A DNA stretch of 64,000 nt from assembly GCA_001804815.1 (NCBI GenBank), contig MHBI01000056.1, positions 28,802-92,801 of the forward strand, read 5' to 3'. The notes under the pieces are model-generated. The model saw only the letters and a program-made list of their open reading frames with translations, searched no databases and was not told where the DNA came from. Positions 19,577 through 28,571 of the stretch are shown here, piece by piece (the first letter of the stretch is position 1; each line of letters begins with the position of its first letter). Origin of the DNA: Lentisphaerae bacterium GWF2_50_93. Its GTDB lineage: Bacteria > Verrucomicrobiota > Lentisphaeria > Victivallales > GWF2-50-93. Made by a program: the position numbers and the translations under genes.

Positions 19577-20431
19577 CTATTTAGCCTCTTCCACTGTCAG
19601 TTCGGGTGATACGAATTCGCGGAGCTTGTCCTCCACCGTGTTCTTCAATGTCACGCCTGATGCCGGGCAGGATGCGCAGCGTCCGCAGAGGCGGACAATG
19701 ACCTTGTCCCCCTGTATGTCTATCAGTTCGATGCTGCCTCCGTCCTTCTCTAGCATGGGCTTGATTTCCTTGTCCATTACTTCCTGTACCTTCATGACCT
19801 TCTGGACCGTCGTGAGTTTCTGGGGCGCCGGTTTTGCCGGCTTGCTGGCTTCCTTCCTCCAGAGTTCATCGAGTATCTGCTGGATGTCGTCGAGACAGCA
19901 TCCGCAACCGCCACCCGCCTTGGTATAGTTCGTGATTTCCTCGGCTTTGTGCAGGTTGTTCTCCTGGGCGACTGCGCGGATCTTAGTATCAGTGACGCCG
20001 AAGCATTTGCATATTACAACGCCATCATCATGGTCAGCCTCGGCCGGAGCTGCGCCTTTTTCACCCTTGTAGTTTGCGATTGCGTCCTGGAGCGCCTCCA
20101 TGCCCATCACCGAGCAGTGCAGCTTCTCCTCGGGAAGTTCGCCGAGTATCTTTACAATATCCTTGTTTGTGACTTTTGATGCCTCTTCAAGCGTCATGCC
20201 TTTGACAAGCTCGGTGAGCGCTGAAGATGAGGCTATTGCGCTGGCGCAGCCGAAAGTCTTGAATTTGACATCGACAATCTTTTCCTTTTTATCGTCCAGC
20301 TTTATGAAAAGCTTTAGGGCATCGCCGCAGCGTATGTTTCCTACTTCTCCGACTGCGTCGGCTTCGGTTATCTCCCCAACATTCTGCGGATGGAGGAAAT
20401 GATCCATTACTTTTTTATTATAGTCCCACAT
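19577..20431 (-). CDS. nifU: Fe-S cluster assembly scaffold NifU (IscU-like N-terminal, BFD-like [2Fe-2S] central and NifU C-terminal domains)
   Basis: GNIRCGDALKLF, FKTFGCASAIASSS, CKCFGV...GGGCGCC and LCGRCASCPAS. GAGGT lies upstream of the ATG at 20431. Confidence 0.92.
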   Translation of the reverse strand: MWDYNKKVMDHFLHPQNVGEITEADAVGEVGNIRCGDALKLFIKLDDKKEKIVDVKFKTFGCASAIASSSALTELVKGMTLEEASKVTNKDIVKILGELPEEKLHCSVMGMEALQDAIANYKGEKGAAPAEADHDDGVVICKCFGVTDTKIRAVAQENNLHKAEEITNYTKAGGGCGCCLDDIQQILDELWRKEASKPAKPAPQKLTTVQKVMKVQEVMDKEIKPMLEKDGGSIELIDIQGDKVIVRLCGRCASCPASGVTLKNTVEDKLREFVSPELTVEEAK

Positions 20432-20554
20432 AAAACACCTCGGATTGTTAGAATTCAAAATTAAGCCAGTACAGCCGTGAATTATACATCCCTGCCCAGT
20501 CTAGTTCAAATAACATCAGGATTTTCATCCGGGGAAGATTGGGATTGAATCCTG

Positions 20555-20583
20555 TTTACAAAACCCATATCATGGGCTATACT
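20555..20583 (+). promoter_or_regulatory. Putative sigma-70 type promoter (TTTACA - 17 nt - TATACT) for the gene at 20629
   Basis: Near-consensus hexamers with a 17-nt spacer, about 45 nt upstream of the ATG. Confidence 0.45.
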
Positions 20584-20628
20584 ACCCGTTGTTTTGTCCG
20601 GCATTAATTTATAGTTTAAGGGGGAATT

Positions 20629-21339
20629 ATGAAAAAGATTGTTCTGCTGGCTGTCTCCATCGCGTTATCCTTCGGTGTTCCTGCCTGGGGTGAAGAGAAG
20701 AAGCCTGATGCCGCAGCGGACCTGAATTCAATAAAGCAACGTTTCGACAAGGAGGCTGTGCCATATTTCACAGGCGATAAAGCCACCACGCTGCTTAAGG
20801 CGGGCGGCGGAGCCCAGTCCGTTGCCGCGTACACCTTGGTTCCGATGCTTGAAGGGATTATCATCTACAAGGGTGCAATATTCAACGGTGCAAAACCCGA
20901 ACTCATCAAGGCTGACGCGATGATAGATGATGTAACGGCAAAGTTCAGGGATGCGGAAGGTGAAGTCGACAAGGCCATGCGGTCCATTGAAGATTCGAAC
21001 AGCAGGATCAAGGGCCTGGAAAATGACATGGATGACCTCGAGCTCAAGATCAAGAAGGAGTCGGATGATAAAACAAGAAAAAGATATACTACAATGCTCT
21101 TTCAGAACAAGAACGATGCCTCAGACCTGAAGAAGGAAATAAGAAAAATTGACAAGGATGTGGACAAGAAGAAGAAGGACGCCCTGGAAATCAAAAACAG
21201 GCTTGCATTGCTGAAAACCACGCTCGCAGCATACATCGCGAAACAGAGGGAACTCGGTGGCGGAGCGAAGAAGGAGGATAGGGAAGAAGACAAGAAGGAC
21301 GATGTCAAGAAGGACCAGCTTGTTGATCCTTTCAAATAG
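20629..21339 (+). CDS. Secreted coiled-coil protein, paralog 1 (function unknown)
   Basis: Signal peptide MKKIVLLAVSIALSFGVPAWG, a conserved ~90-aa N-terminal domain shared with the next gene, a heptad-like K/E/D-rich region, and a tail ending in ...DPFK. Confidence 0.7.
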   Translation: MKKIVLLAVSIALSFGVPAWGEEKKPDAAADLNSIKQRFDKEAVPYFTGDKATTLLKAGGGAQSVAAYTLVPMLEGIIIYKGAIFNGAKPELIKADAMIDDVTAKFRDAEGEVDKAMRSIEDSNSRIKGLENDMDDLELKIKKESDDKTRKRYTTMLFQNKNDASDLKKEIRKIDKDVDKKKKDALEIKNRLALLKTTLAAYIAKQRELGGGAKKEDREEDKKDDVKKDQLVDPFK

Positions 21340-21406
21340 GATGGGGCGCGATGACCTTTGAAACGCCGGTATCATGAGAAAAACATATAATTTGGAGTGG
21401 ATGACC

Positions 21407-22144
21407 ATGAACAAAAAGATTATTTTCGGGCTTATGTTGCTTTCGTTCCTGCCCTTGCTTTCCTTTTCCGCCGATGATGGCAAGAAGTCTCCGGCGGTCG
21501 ACATGAAGGAGCTCGCCCTGCGTTTCGATGCCGAGGCGAAACCATTTTTCACAGTTGACAGGAACACTACTTTTGTAAAGGTTGACGGTGGTTTTACATA
21601 TCTGCCTGCAAACTCAATTGTCCCTGTCCTGGATGGAATCATGAAGGTCAATGGAGTTTTCTGCAGCAAGGCGATGTCGGAGCTCGCCGAAGCCTCCAAG
21701 ATCGTCGAAGCTGCAATGAAAAACTACCAGTCCGCTGCGGCTGAACTTGACGATCTGAAGAACAAGGTTGACGATGCCAAGGGGAACGTTGCCGACCTGG
21801 AAGACGAAATAACTGCTCTCGATAGAAGACTGGCGGATCTCAAGAAGGAGAAGAACGCGAATACCCAGAAGCTCAGTCTTGACCTGGGCAGGAAAAGAAA
21901 TGAGCTGACAGACGCGAAGCGCGACTTCAAGAAGCTCGATAAGGATTTCGACAAGAAGAAGGAAATCCCTGAAGAATTGAAGAAGAAGGCGGATTCGGTG
22001 AAGGCAGTTCTCGACACTTTCCTCGCGAACCAGAAGAAGCTTGCGCAGGTTCCGAAAGACGAGAAGAAAGCCGATGATAAGAAACCGGTCGAACAGAAGC
22101 TGCCGGCAAAACAGGATGATGTGCCCGCCCCTAAATTCAAATGA
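21407..22144 (+). CDS. Secreted coiled-coil protein, paralog 2 (function unknown)
   Basis: Signal peptide MNKKIIFGLMLLSFLPLLSFSA. Its N-terminal domain aligns with paralog 1 (L..RFD.EA.P.FT.D..TT..K..GG.....A...VP.L.GI). GGAGTGG lies 8 nt upstream of the ATG at 21407. Confidence 0.7.
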   Translation: MNKKIIFGLMLLSFLPLLSFSADDGKKSPAVDMKELALRFDAEAKPFFTVDRNTTFVKVDGGFTYLPANSIVPVLDGIMKVNGVFCSKAMSELAEASKIVEAAMKNYQSAAAELDDLKNKVDDAKGNVADLEDEITALDRRLADLKKEKNANTQKLSLDLGRKRNELTDAKRDFKKLDKDFDKKKEIPEELKKKADSVKAVLDTFLANQKKLAQVPKDEKKADDKKPVEQKLPAKQDDVPAPKFK

Positions 22145-22148
22145 AGTA

Positions 22149-22170
22149 GGTACGTGCTTGAGCATGTACC
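22149..22170 (+). terminator. Hairpin immediately after paralog 2 (9-bp stem, 4-nt loop)
   Basis: ggtacgtgc-ttga-gcatgtacc, with one G-U pair. It starts 5 nt after the stop codon. Confidence 0.45.
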
Positions 22171-22206
22171 ATGAATTTAAGAGTGGCACACCCTGAGCGT
22201 ACCTGC

Positions 22207-22351
22207 TTAACTAGACGTTGCTAGAAAAGGTAATCTCAAAATGAAATTTGTCTGAAAAGTAGCACAGACATTCCTGTCTGTGGACTCAAGTTTCATTTCC
22301 AATCGCAGACAGGAATGTCCGCGCTACTCCTTTTCAAGGAGGCCCTAACTA
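22207..22351. mobile_element. MITE-like ~146 bp palindromic repeat element, copy B (inverted relative to copy A)
   Basis: It aligns with the reverse complement of 399-545. It is bracketed by TTAACTA on the left and CTAACTA on the right. The right end supplies the proS stop codon (22349-22351). Confidence 0.75.
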
Positions 22352-24073
22352 TCTGTACTTTTCCTGCTCGGACTTCACTTTTTCTGTGATGAATTCGACT
22401 ATCTTGTCGAGTGGTATCAGCGTGCTTTCCTTCTGTCCGCGGATCTTGAATTCAACCATGTTGTTCGGTAGGTTCTTCGGCGAAGTTATGATCCTGAACG
22501 GAATTCCGAGCAGGTCGGCGTCGGCGAACATGAATCCAGGCTTCTCACCCCTGTCGTCGTATATCACTTCGATTCCACGGGCATTGAGCTCGTTGTAGAT
22601 CCTTTCGGAGACTTGTCCGACATTCGGGTCGTTCTGGGTGATCGCGCAGATATGTACCTGGTATGGCGCGATTGATATCGGCCAAATCGGACCGTAGTCG
22701 TCCGATGACTGTTCGATCACCGACGCCATTGTACGTCCAACGCCGATGCCGTAGCAGCCCATGATCATAGGATTGGTCTTTCCGTTCTGGTCGATGAAGG
22801 TGCAGTTCATGGACTCGGAATATTTTGTCCCGAGCTTGAATATGTTGCCGACTTCGATTCCGCGCTTCAGCAGAAGCGGCTGCCCGGTAACAGGATCAGG
22901 ATCGCCTTCGCGGGCTGTTGCGATGTCGGTGACTTCGGCCTTTGGCAGATCGCGGTCGAAATTGAAATTCTTGAAATGGTGGTCTGCCTCATTTGCTCCG
23001 ACTATGAGATTGGATGAACCGGCAATGGAGTTGTCCACTACTATCCTGATTTTTGCAGGATCAAGGGTGAGTGGTGATGCGAATCCCGGTACGGCCCCGG
23101 ATTTCCTGATTCTCTCGTCATTCGCGAATTTCAGTTCGCCGACCTTCAGGAAATTCTGGAGCTTGCTTTCGTTCACTTCGAAGTCGCCGCGGATCATCGC
23201 GAAGATCAGGTTGTCGCTGTCATCTATGTAGAACACCGCCTTGCCAGTGTTCTCCGGCTTCATGCCGAGGAAGGTGGCGACTTCCTCGATTGTCTTTTTT
23301 TCTGGCGTATGGACCTTTTCCAGTGGGAGGGCAGGGGCCTTCTCGTATTTCCATGCCGCTGCCGCGACTTCGCGGTTGGCCTTGTATGAACCGTCGGGCG
23401 ACAGGAATATGGTGTCTTCCCCGCATTCGGCTATCGCCATGAATTCATGCGAGACGTTTCCACCCATCATTCCGGGGTTTGACTTGATCGATATGCAGTC
23501 CTTCATTCCGACCCTGCGGAAAATGTTCTCATAGGCCTTGTGGGCTTTCTCATAATACTGGTCAAGGCATTCCTGGGAGGTGTGGAAGGAATATGCGTCC
23601 TTCATCGTGAACTCCCGAACCCTGATGAGTCCGGCGCGCGGCCTGGCCTCGTCGCGGTATTTTGTCTGTATCTGGTAGAGCATGACGGGAAGCTGCTTGT
23701 AGCTGTTGACCTCGGTGCGGGTGAGGTGGACGACCGCCTCCTCGTGCGTCATACCGAGCAGCATTCTCTTGTCGTTCCTGTCCTTGAAACGCAGCAGTTC
23801 CGGGCCGACGGTCTTGTATCTTCCTGATTCCTCCCATAATTCCGCTGGCAGGACGACCGGCATCTTGATTTCCTGCCCTTCGATCGCATCCATCTCCTCG
23901 CGGATGATCTTCTCGATCTTCTGGGTGATCCTGAATCCGACAGGCAGCATGGAGTATATTCCAGCTGATACAGGGCGTGCGTAACCGCCGCGTATGATGA
24001 ATTTATGGCTGACGGTTTTTGCATCCTTCGGGGCTTCCTTTATGCGTCTACCGACCAGTTTCGACATTTTCAT
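22349..24073 (-). CDS. proS: Prolyl-tRNA synthetase (bacterial type with an editing insertion)
   Basis: 574 aa. Class II motifs (...RPRAGLIRVREFTMKDAYSF..., ...GCYGIGVGR...) and a C-terminal anticodon-binding domain. Confidence 0.95.
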   Translation of the reverse strand: MKMSKLVGRRIKEAPKDAKTVSHKFIIRGGYARPVSAGIYSMLPVGFRITQKIEKIIREEMDAIEGQEIKMPVVLPAELWEESGRYKTVGPELLRFKDRNDKRMLLGMTHEEAVVHLTRTEVNSYKQLPVMLYQIQTKYRDEARPRAGLIRVREFTMKDAYSFHTSQECLDQYYEKAHKAYENIFRRVGMKDCISIKSNPGMMGGNVSHEFMAIAECGEDTIFLSPDGSYKANREVAAAAWKYEKAPALPLEKVHTPEKKTIEEVATFLGMKPENTGKAVFYIDDSDNLIFAMIRGDFEVNESKLQNFLKVGELKFANDERIRKSGAVPGFASPLTLDPAKIRIVVDNSIAGSSNLIVGANEADHHFKNFNFDRDLPKAEVTDIATAREGDPDPVTGQPLLLKRGIEVGNIFKLGTKYSESMNCTFIDQNGKTNPMIMGCYGIGVGRTMASVIEQSSDDYGPIWPISIAPYQVHICAITQNDPNVGQVSERIYNELNARGIEVIYDDRGEKPGFMFADADLLGIPFRIITSPKNLPNNMVEFKIRGQKESTLIPLDKIVEFITEKVKSEQEKYR

Positions 24074-24324
24074 GTTGTATAATCCTTAAAGTTGGGGCAC
24101 AGAGGCATCCGTCTTCGCCAGGAGGCTACGCCGTGACACGCTAAGGCACAGAGATTTTCAAAGAGTGGAATTTTATACCGGATTCAAATTGTTTCAAGCT
24201 GAGATGCGAATTGAGAGGGAAATCAATTGTTTGAAATAAGTTTGTTTTTCAATTTACAAAGATTAATTTATACGCTTGATTTGAAAAACAACTTAAATCC
24301 AGATTTTCAGGCGGGTAAAAGATT

Positions 24325-24951
24325 ATGGGAAAGACAATTCTGAGTTTTGTGCTTCTTTCAGCGGTTCTTCTGATTTGCTCGGGATGCGGAACCTTTCATT
24401 CGCTGCCTTATGACGGTCACAATACGTACAGGTCGGTAGATTCGAACAACTACGGTTTTACGAAGAACTATCCCAAGTCCTTCACGATCTACCCTTTCAA
24501 GAACACCTCGTGGTACCGCGAGGCGTCCGACAGGGCGAACCAGGCCATGTACCAGGGATTCTCACTCATCGGGCCATGCGCAAGCATTGACGAGACTGAA
24601 AAGATCGCCGTCCAGCCTTACTGCGCAGCCGACGCCCTCAAGGTTGCCCGACAGCAGAACAGCGACGCCGTCGTAGTAGGCGAAGTCACAAGGCAGGATC
24701 ACTTCTGGTTTTTACTGATGGCGTATTCCTCTGTTTCGATCAAGATAAATATTTATGATTCCAAAGACGGAAGGCTTATTTATTCCGGCAATACCTGGGC
24801 GATAGATTCCGACTGGGGGCTTTCAATTGTGTCTCCTATTTCCTCCCTCATAGATCATATCAACTGGTCCAGGTTGACCCAGGGGCTCTATTACAGGATA
24901 GCCATGGACTTCGTGCATGACCTGAGGCAGGATGTGCTCGCGACAAGATAA
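24325..24951 (+). CDS. Lipoprotein, possibly DUF799/GNA1162-like
   Basis: Signal peptide plus lipobox (LLICSGC). Later features are FKNTS...A and VVVGEV... followed by beta-rich repeats. The family call is tentative. Confidence 0.55.
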   Translation: MGKTILSFVLLSAVLLICSGCGTFHSLPYDGHNTYRSVDSNNYGFTKNYPKSFTIYPFKNTSWYREASDRANQAMYQGFSLIGPCASIDETEKIAVQPYCAADALKVARQQNSDAVVVGEVTRQDHFWFLLMAYSSVSIKINIYDSKDGRLIYSGNTWAIDSDWGLSIVSPISSLIDHINWSRLTQGLYYRIAMDFVHDLRQDVLATR

Positions 24952-24986
24952 TAGTTTTCTTTGTACATGTTTTAAAGGGGTTGCCA

Positions 24987-25682
24987 ATGAAAAAATCTTT
25001 CCCTGAACTTGGCGTAGTAGTTGTTGCCGGCGGCGGCGGCTCGAGATTTGGAAAACAGAACAAGCTGCTTGCGAAGCTGGCAGGAATTCCAGTCTTCGTC
25101 CATCCACTGAAAAACTTCCACAAGGTATGTCCCCCCGGAAATCTTGTCCTAGTAGTGAAAAAATCCGAAACTGCGAAGTTCGCAGATGCAATCCACAAGT
25201 ATCTTCCAGGGATCGATATAAGGATCGCCTACGGTGGAAAGACAAGGATGCATTCAGTCGTCAACGGCCTTTCCATCCTGCCGGTTTCCGCGAAGTTCGC
25301 AGCCGTGCATGATGCGGCGCGTCCGCTGGCCACTGCGGAACTTCTGATCTCCGCATACAGGGCCGCGAGGAGGCAGGGAAGCGCGGTAGTTGCAAAAAGG
25401 CTGACCGACACGGTCAAACAGGCGGACAAGAAGTGCGTCGTCACAAAAACTCTTGACCGCAGCAATGTCTGGAGAGTTGAGACTCCGCAGATTTTCCCTC
25501 TCGACAAGCTGTTGCTGGCCTATATCAGGGTCTTTGCCAAGGAACATCTGATGACGGACGATTCGGCCGTCATGGAATATGCGGGCCACAGGCCTTTCCT
25601 TTATGAATACAAGCTGCCCAATACAAAGATCACTTTCCCCGAGGATCTTGCTTTGGCGGAAATGTATTTGAAGAAATCGTAA
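24987..25682 (+). CDS. ispD: 2-C-methyl-D-erythritol 4-phosphate cytidylyltransferase
   Basis: VVVAGGGGSRFG...NKLL...G.PV and HDAARP motifs. AAGGGG lies 6 nt upstream of the ATG at 24987. Confidence 0.88.
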   Translation: MKKSFPELGVVVVAGGGGSRFGKQNKLLAKLAGIPVFVHPLKNFHKVCPPGNLVLVVKKSETAKFADAIHKYLPGIDIRIAYGGKTRMHSVVNGLSILPVSAKFAAVHDAARPLATAELLISAYRAARRQGSAVVAKRLTDTVKQADKKCVVTKTLDRSNVWRVETPQIFPLDKLLLAYIRVFAKEHLMTDDSAVMEYAGHRPFLYEYKLPNTKITFPEDLALAEMYLKKS

Positions 25683-25715
25683 ATATTCACTGTGCCTTAC
25701 AGGGAAGATTTACCT

Positions 25716-26525
25716 TCAGAATGAATTTTCTTTTCCGGGGAACTTGCCGGTACTCACTTCGTTCGCGTAGGCAGTAAACGCCTTCTTGATTTCCTCACCG
25801 AGATTCGCATATCGTTTCGAGTGCTTCGGGACGAAATCCGTGAAGAGTCCGAGGATGTCGTTGACCACTTGGACCTGTCCATCGCACGCCGGACCTGCGC
25901 CGATGCCTATCGTCGGAATTTTAACGGAAGCCGTGATGCGTGCGCTCAGTTCGGCGGGGATGCATTCGAGTACAAGACAGAATGCTCCGGCGTCTTCAAC
26001 GGCTTTTGCATCGTCGATGAGACGCTGTTCATCTTCCTTTGTCTTGCCTGCGACCCTGTATCCGCCCTGGGTGAGGACGTTCTGCGGAAGGAGCCCGATA
26101 TGAGCCATCACTGGAACGCCTGCAGTGACAAGCCTGCCGATCGTCTTTGATATGGTCTTTCCGCCTTCAAGTTTGACGCCGTCGACACCGGCCTCCTGGA
26201 TGTATCTGGCGGCATTTGTCATTGCCGTCTTTACGCTGGGATGGTAGGTCATGAACGGCATGTCGCCGACTATGAATGCGAATTTCGCGCCGCGCGCGAC
26301 TGCCGCGCAATGGTGGAGGGACTGTTCGAGGGTGACCGGTATGGTGCTCTTGTACCCCAGCAGAGCCATGCCCAGGGAATCTCCTACGAGGAGAAGCTCG
26401 ATCCCGCACTCCTCTGCGAGTTTCGCGGTCGGGGCGTCATAGGCTGTCAGCGCAAGTATCTTCTCTCCTTTTTCCTTCTTATGGCGGAAATAGCGGGTAG
26501 TTATTTTTTTCTGTATGTCGTTCAT
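25716..26525 (-). CDS. panB: 3-methyl-2-oxobutanoate hydroxymethyltransferase
   Basis: LTAYDAPTAKLAEECGIELLLVGDSLGM and GDMPF...VKLEGG motifs. Confidence 0.93.
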   Translation of the reverse strand: MNDIQKKITTRYFRHKKEKGEKILALTAYDAPTAKLAEECGIELLLVGDSLGMALLGYKSTIPVTLEQSLHHCAAVARGAKFAFIVGDMPFMTYHPSVKTAMTNAARYIQEAGVDGVKLEGGKTISKTIGRLVTAGVPVMAHIGLLPQNVLTQGGYRVAGKTKEDEQRLIDDAKAVEDAGAFCLVLECIPAELSARITASVKIPTIGIGAGPACDGQVQVVNDILGLFTDFVPKHSKRYANLGEEIKKAFTAYANEVSTGKFPGKENSF

Positions 26526-26630
26526 GGTCTGTTATTCTTTTGAATCCAAGCTTTCAATTAATAGTTTAAGCTATAAAATAAGTTAAGAACCGTTAAATTG
26601 CAAAGAAAGATATGGAAGGATTGTAGTCCT

Positions 26631-28571
26631 ATGGCCAAATGGAAGCATAAGAAGGAAAAACACAGTAAAGCTGATCCGAAGGAGACTTTTGTTGAAGGCA
26701 AGCTGAGTGTTTCCGCCGGCGGACTGGGTTTTGTAACACCTAAGGACGGAACTCAGGACATTTTCATACCACCACGCTTTCTGAGTGATGCAATTGACGG
26801 AGACATTGTTAAGATATCCTTGCTCCGGGAGCAGCGTCCGAACATGAAAGGACCGGCCGGCAGGGTTGCAGAGATAGTCGAACGCTCCAGGAAAACTGTG
26901 GTCGGCGAACTTATCGCCGGAAAAAAGGTCAGACCGCTTTCGAAAAAGCTGCAGGGGGACATCACGGTCAACGGAAGCATCCAGAACGCCAGGAAAGGCG
27001 ACTGGGTCGAGATCGAACTCCAGGCTCATGATGAAAAGCATTCAAGGGAACAGCGTGGTACTCTCAAGTCTACGATTGGGCAGGCTGGCACTGTGGAGTT
27101 CGACATAGCTGCAGTCATAAAGGAATATGGGCTTTGTCCTCCATATTCCGCGGAAGACTGGGATAAGGCCGGTCAGGTCGTGCCGATCGGTGTTGACCGC
27201 GAGGATCTTAAGGAACTCGTAACCATGACGATTGATCCGCCGGACGCGAAAGACTTCGACGATGCGATATCGATAAGGCCGGGTAAAAATAAGAACGAGA
27301 TGGAGCTTGGCGTGCATATTGCGGATGTCGCAGCATGGATATTGCATGGTTCGGAATGGGATGTCAAGGCTAAAAAGAGAAGTTTCACTTCCTATATTCC
27401 AGGCAACACCCTGCCGATGCTTCCAAAGGATATCACCCATACGATGAGCCTTACCCCTGGAAAGACATCATTCTGCCACAGCGTCCTCTTCACTGTCGAC
27501 AAGCATACCGGAAAAATTCTTCATTCAAGAAGAGTGCATAGCCGTGTGACCATAGCCAAGAGGCACACTTTCGACGAGGTGCAGGATTTCATTGATGGAA
27601 AGCCGTGCTCCTGGGAGCCGAGGATTGAAGAACACATGAAGATGCTAGTGGAGCTTACGAGGAAAATGCGGCATTACCGCAAGGGAACAGAACATTTCCT
27701 TGAACTTGCCACTACCGAGATCAGGGTTTTGTGCGACGATATGACTAAGAAGATAAAAGGATTAAGACGGGAAATACAGACTGAATCCGACATGCTCGTC
27801 GAAGAATGCATGCTTGCGGCGAATGTCGAGGTCGCAAAGGAGCTGGTCGCAAGGAACATTCCCGGAATATTCAGGATCCATCCCGAACCCAGCGAGGAGA
27901 AGCTCCAGGAGTTCTCCGGATTCGTCGATGATACCTTTAAAATGAAGACAGGCGACATGAGCAGCCGTATATCCTGCAACAATTTCCTTTCAAAGCTTCC
28001 TGACGATCACAGGAAACAGGTTATCGTAGATGCCTTTCTCCGGTCGCTGCCCCGTGCGTTCTATCTTGACAAGAACCAGCTTCATTACGGGCTGGGCAAG
28101 GGTACGTACTGCCATTTCACAAGTCCGATACGCCGTTACCCCGACCTGCTTGTACACCAGCAGCTCTGGGCGGTGGATTATGCTGGAAATCTAAGGGGCA
28201 AGGATGAGGTCGCCATTACCGCGATGGAATGTTCCGCGAAGGAACAGAACAACGACGAGGCGTATTATGCCGCCAACGACCGGTTGAAACTGCATTATTT
28301 GAAGGAAAAACTCAAGGACACGGACATAGACTGTTTCGAAGGCGTGATAAGGAAGATATCTTCTGCAGGATTGAACATCTTCATTCCGGATCTGGGTATC
28401 CTGTCGTTCATACCAATCGAATATCTTGGGTTCACCTACAAGAAGAAAAAGAGCAAGTTCGTTGCAAGCGAAACCCATTCGAAATACAAGTGCGGTGATT
28501 TCATCTACGTCATGCCGGAACACATTGATCTTATAAAGGGAAGCGCCCTTTTCAGGCCGGTAGCGTACTGA
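26631..28571 (+). CDS. rnr: Ribonuclease R / RNase II-family 3'-5' exoribonuclease
   Basis: RNB domain motifs TIDPPDAKDFDDAIS and HFTSPIRRYPDLLVHQQL, plus an S1-like C-terminus. The ATG at 26631 is preferred over the TTG at 26598. Confidence 0.9.
   Translation: MAKWKHKKEKHSKADPKETFVEGKLSVSAGGLGFVTPKDGTQDIFIPPRFLSDAIDGDIVKISLLREQRPNMKGPAGRVAEIVERSRKTVVGELIAGKKVRPLSKKLQGDITVNGSIQNARKGDWVEIELQAHDEKHSREQRGTLKSTIGQAGTVEFDIAAVIKEYGLCPPYSAEDWDKAGQVVPIGVDREDLKELVTMTIDPPDAKDFDDAISIRPGKNKNEMELGVHIADVAAWILHGSEWDVKAKKRSFTSYIPGNTLPMLPKDITHTMSLTPGKTSFCHSVLFTVDKHTGKILHSRRVHSRVTIAKRHTFDEVQDFIDGKPCSWEPRIEEHMKMLVELTRKMRHYRKGTEHFLELATTEIRVLCDDMTKKIKGLRREIQTESDMLVEECMLAANVEVAKELVARNIPGIFRIHPEPSEEKLQEFSGFVDDTFKMKTGDMSSRISCNNFLSKLPDDHRKQVIVDAFLRSLPRAFYLDKNQLHYGLGKGTYCHFTSPIRRYPDLLVHQQLWAVDYAGNLRGKDEVAITAMECSAKEQNNDEAYYAANDRLKLHYLKEKLKDTDIDCFEGVIRKISSAGLNIFIPDLGILSFIPIEYLGFTYKKKKSKFVASETHSKYKCGDFIYVMPEHIDLIKGSALFRPVAY

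Noticed and set aside
21102-22189. Several 77-192-aa minus-strand ORFs across the two coiled-coil genes
   Set aside because: They are mirror frames of K/E/D-rich coding sequence, giving F/S/L-rich nonsense. The plus-strand genes have signal peptides, ribosome-binding sites and paralogy.
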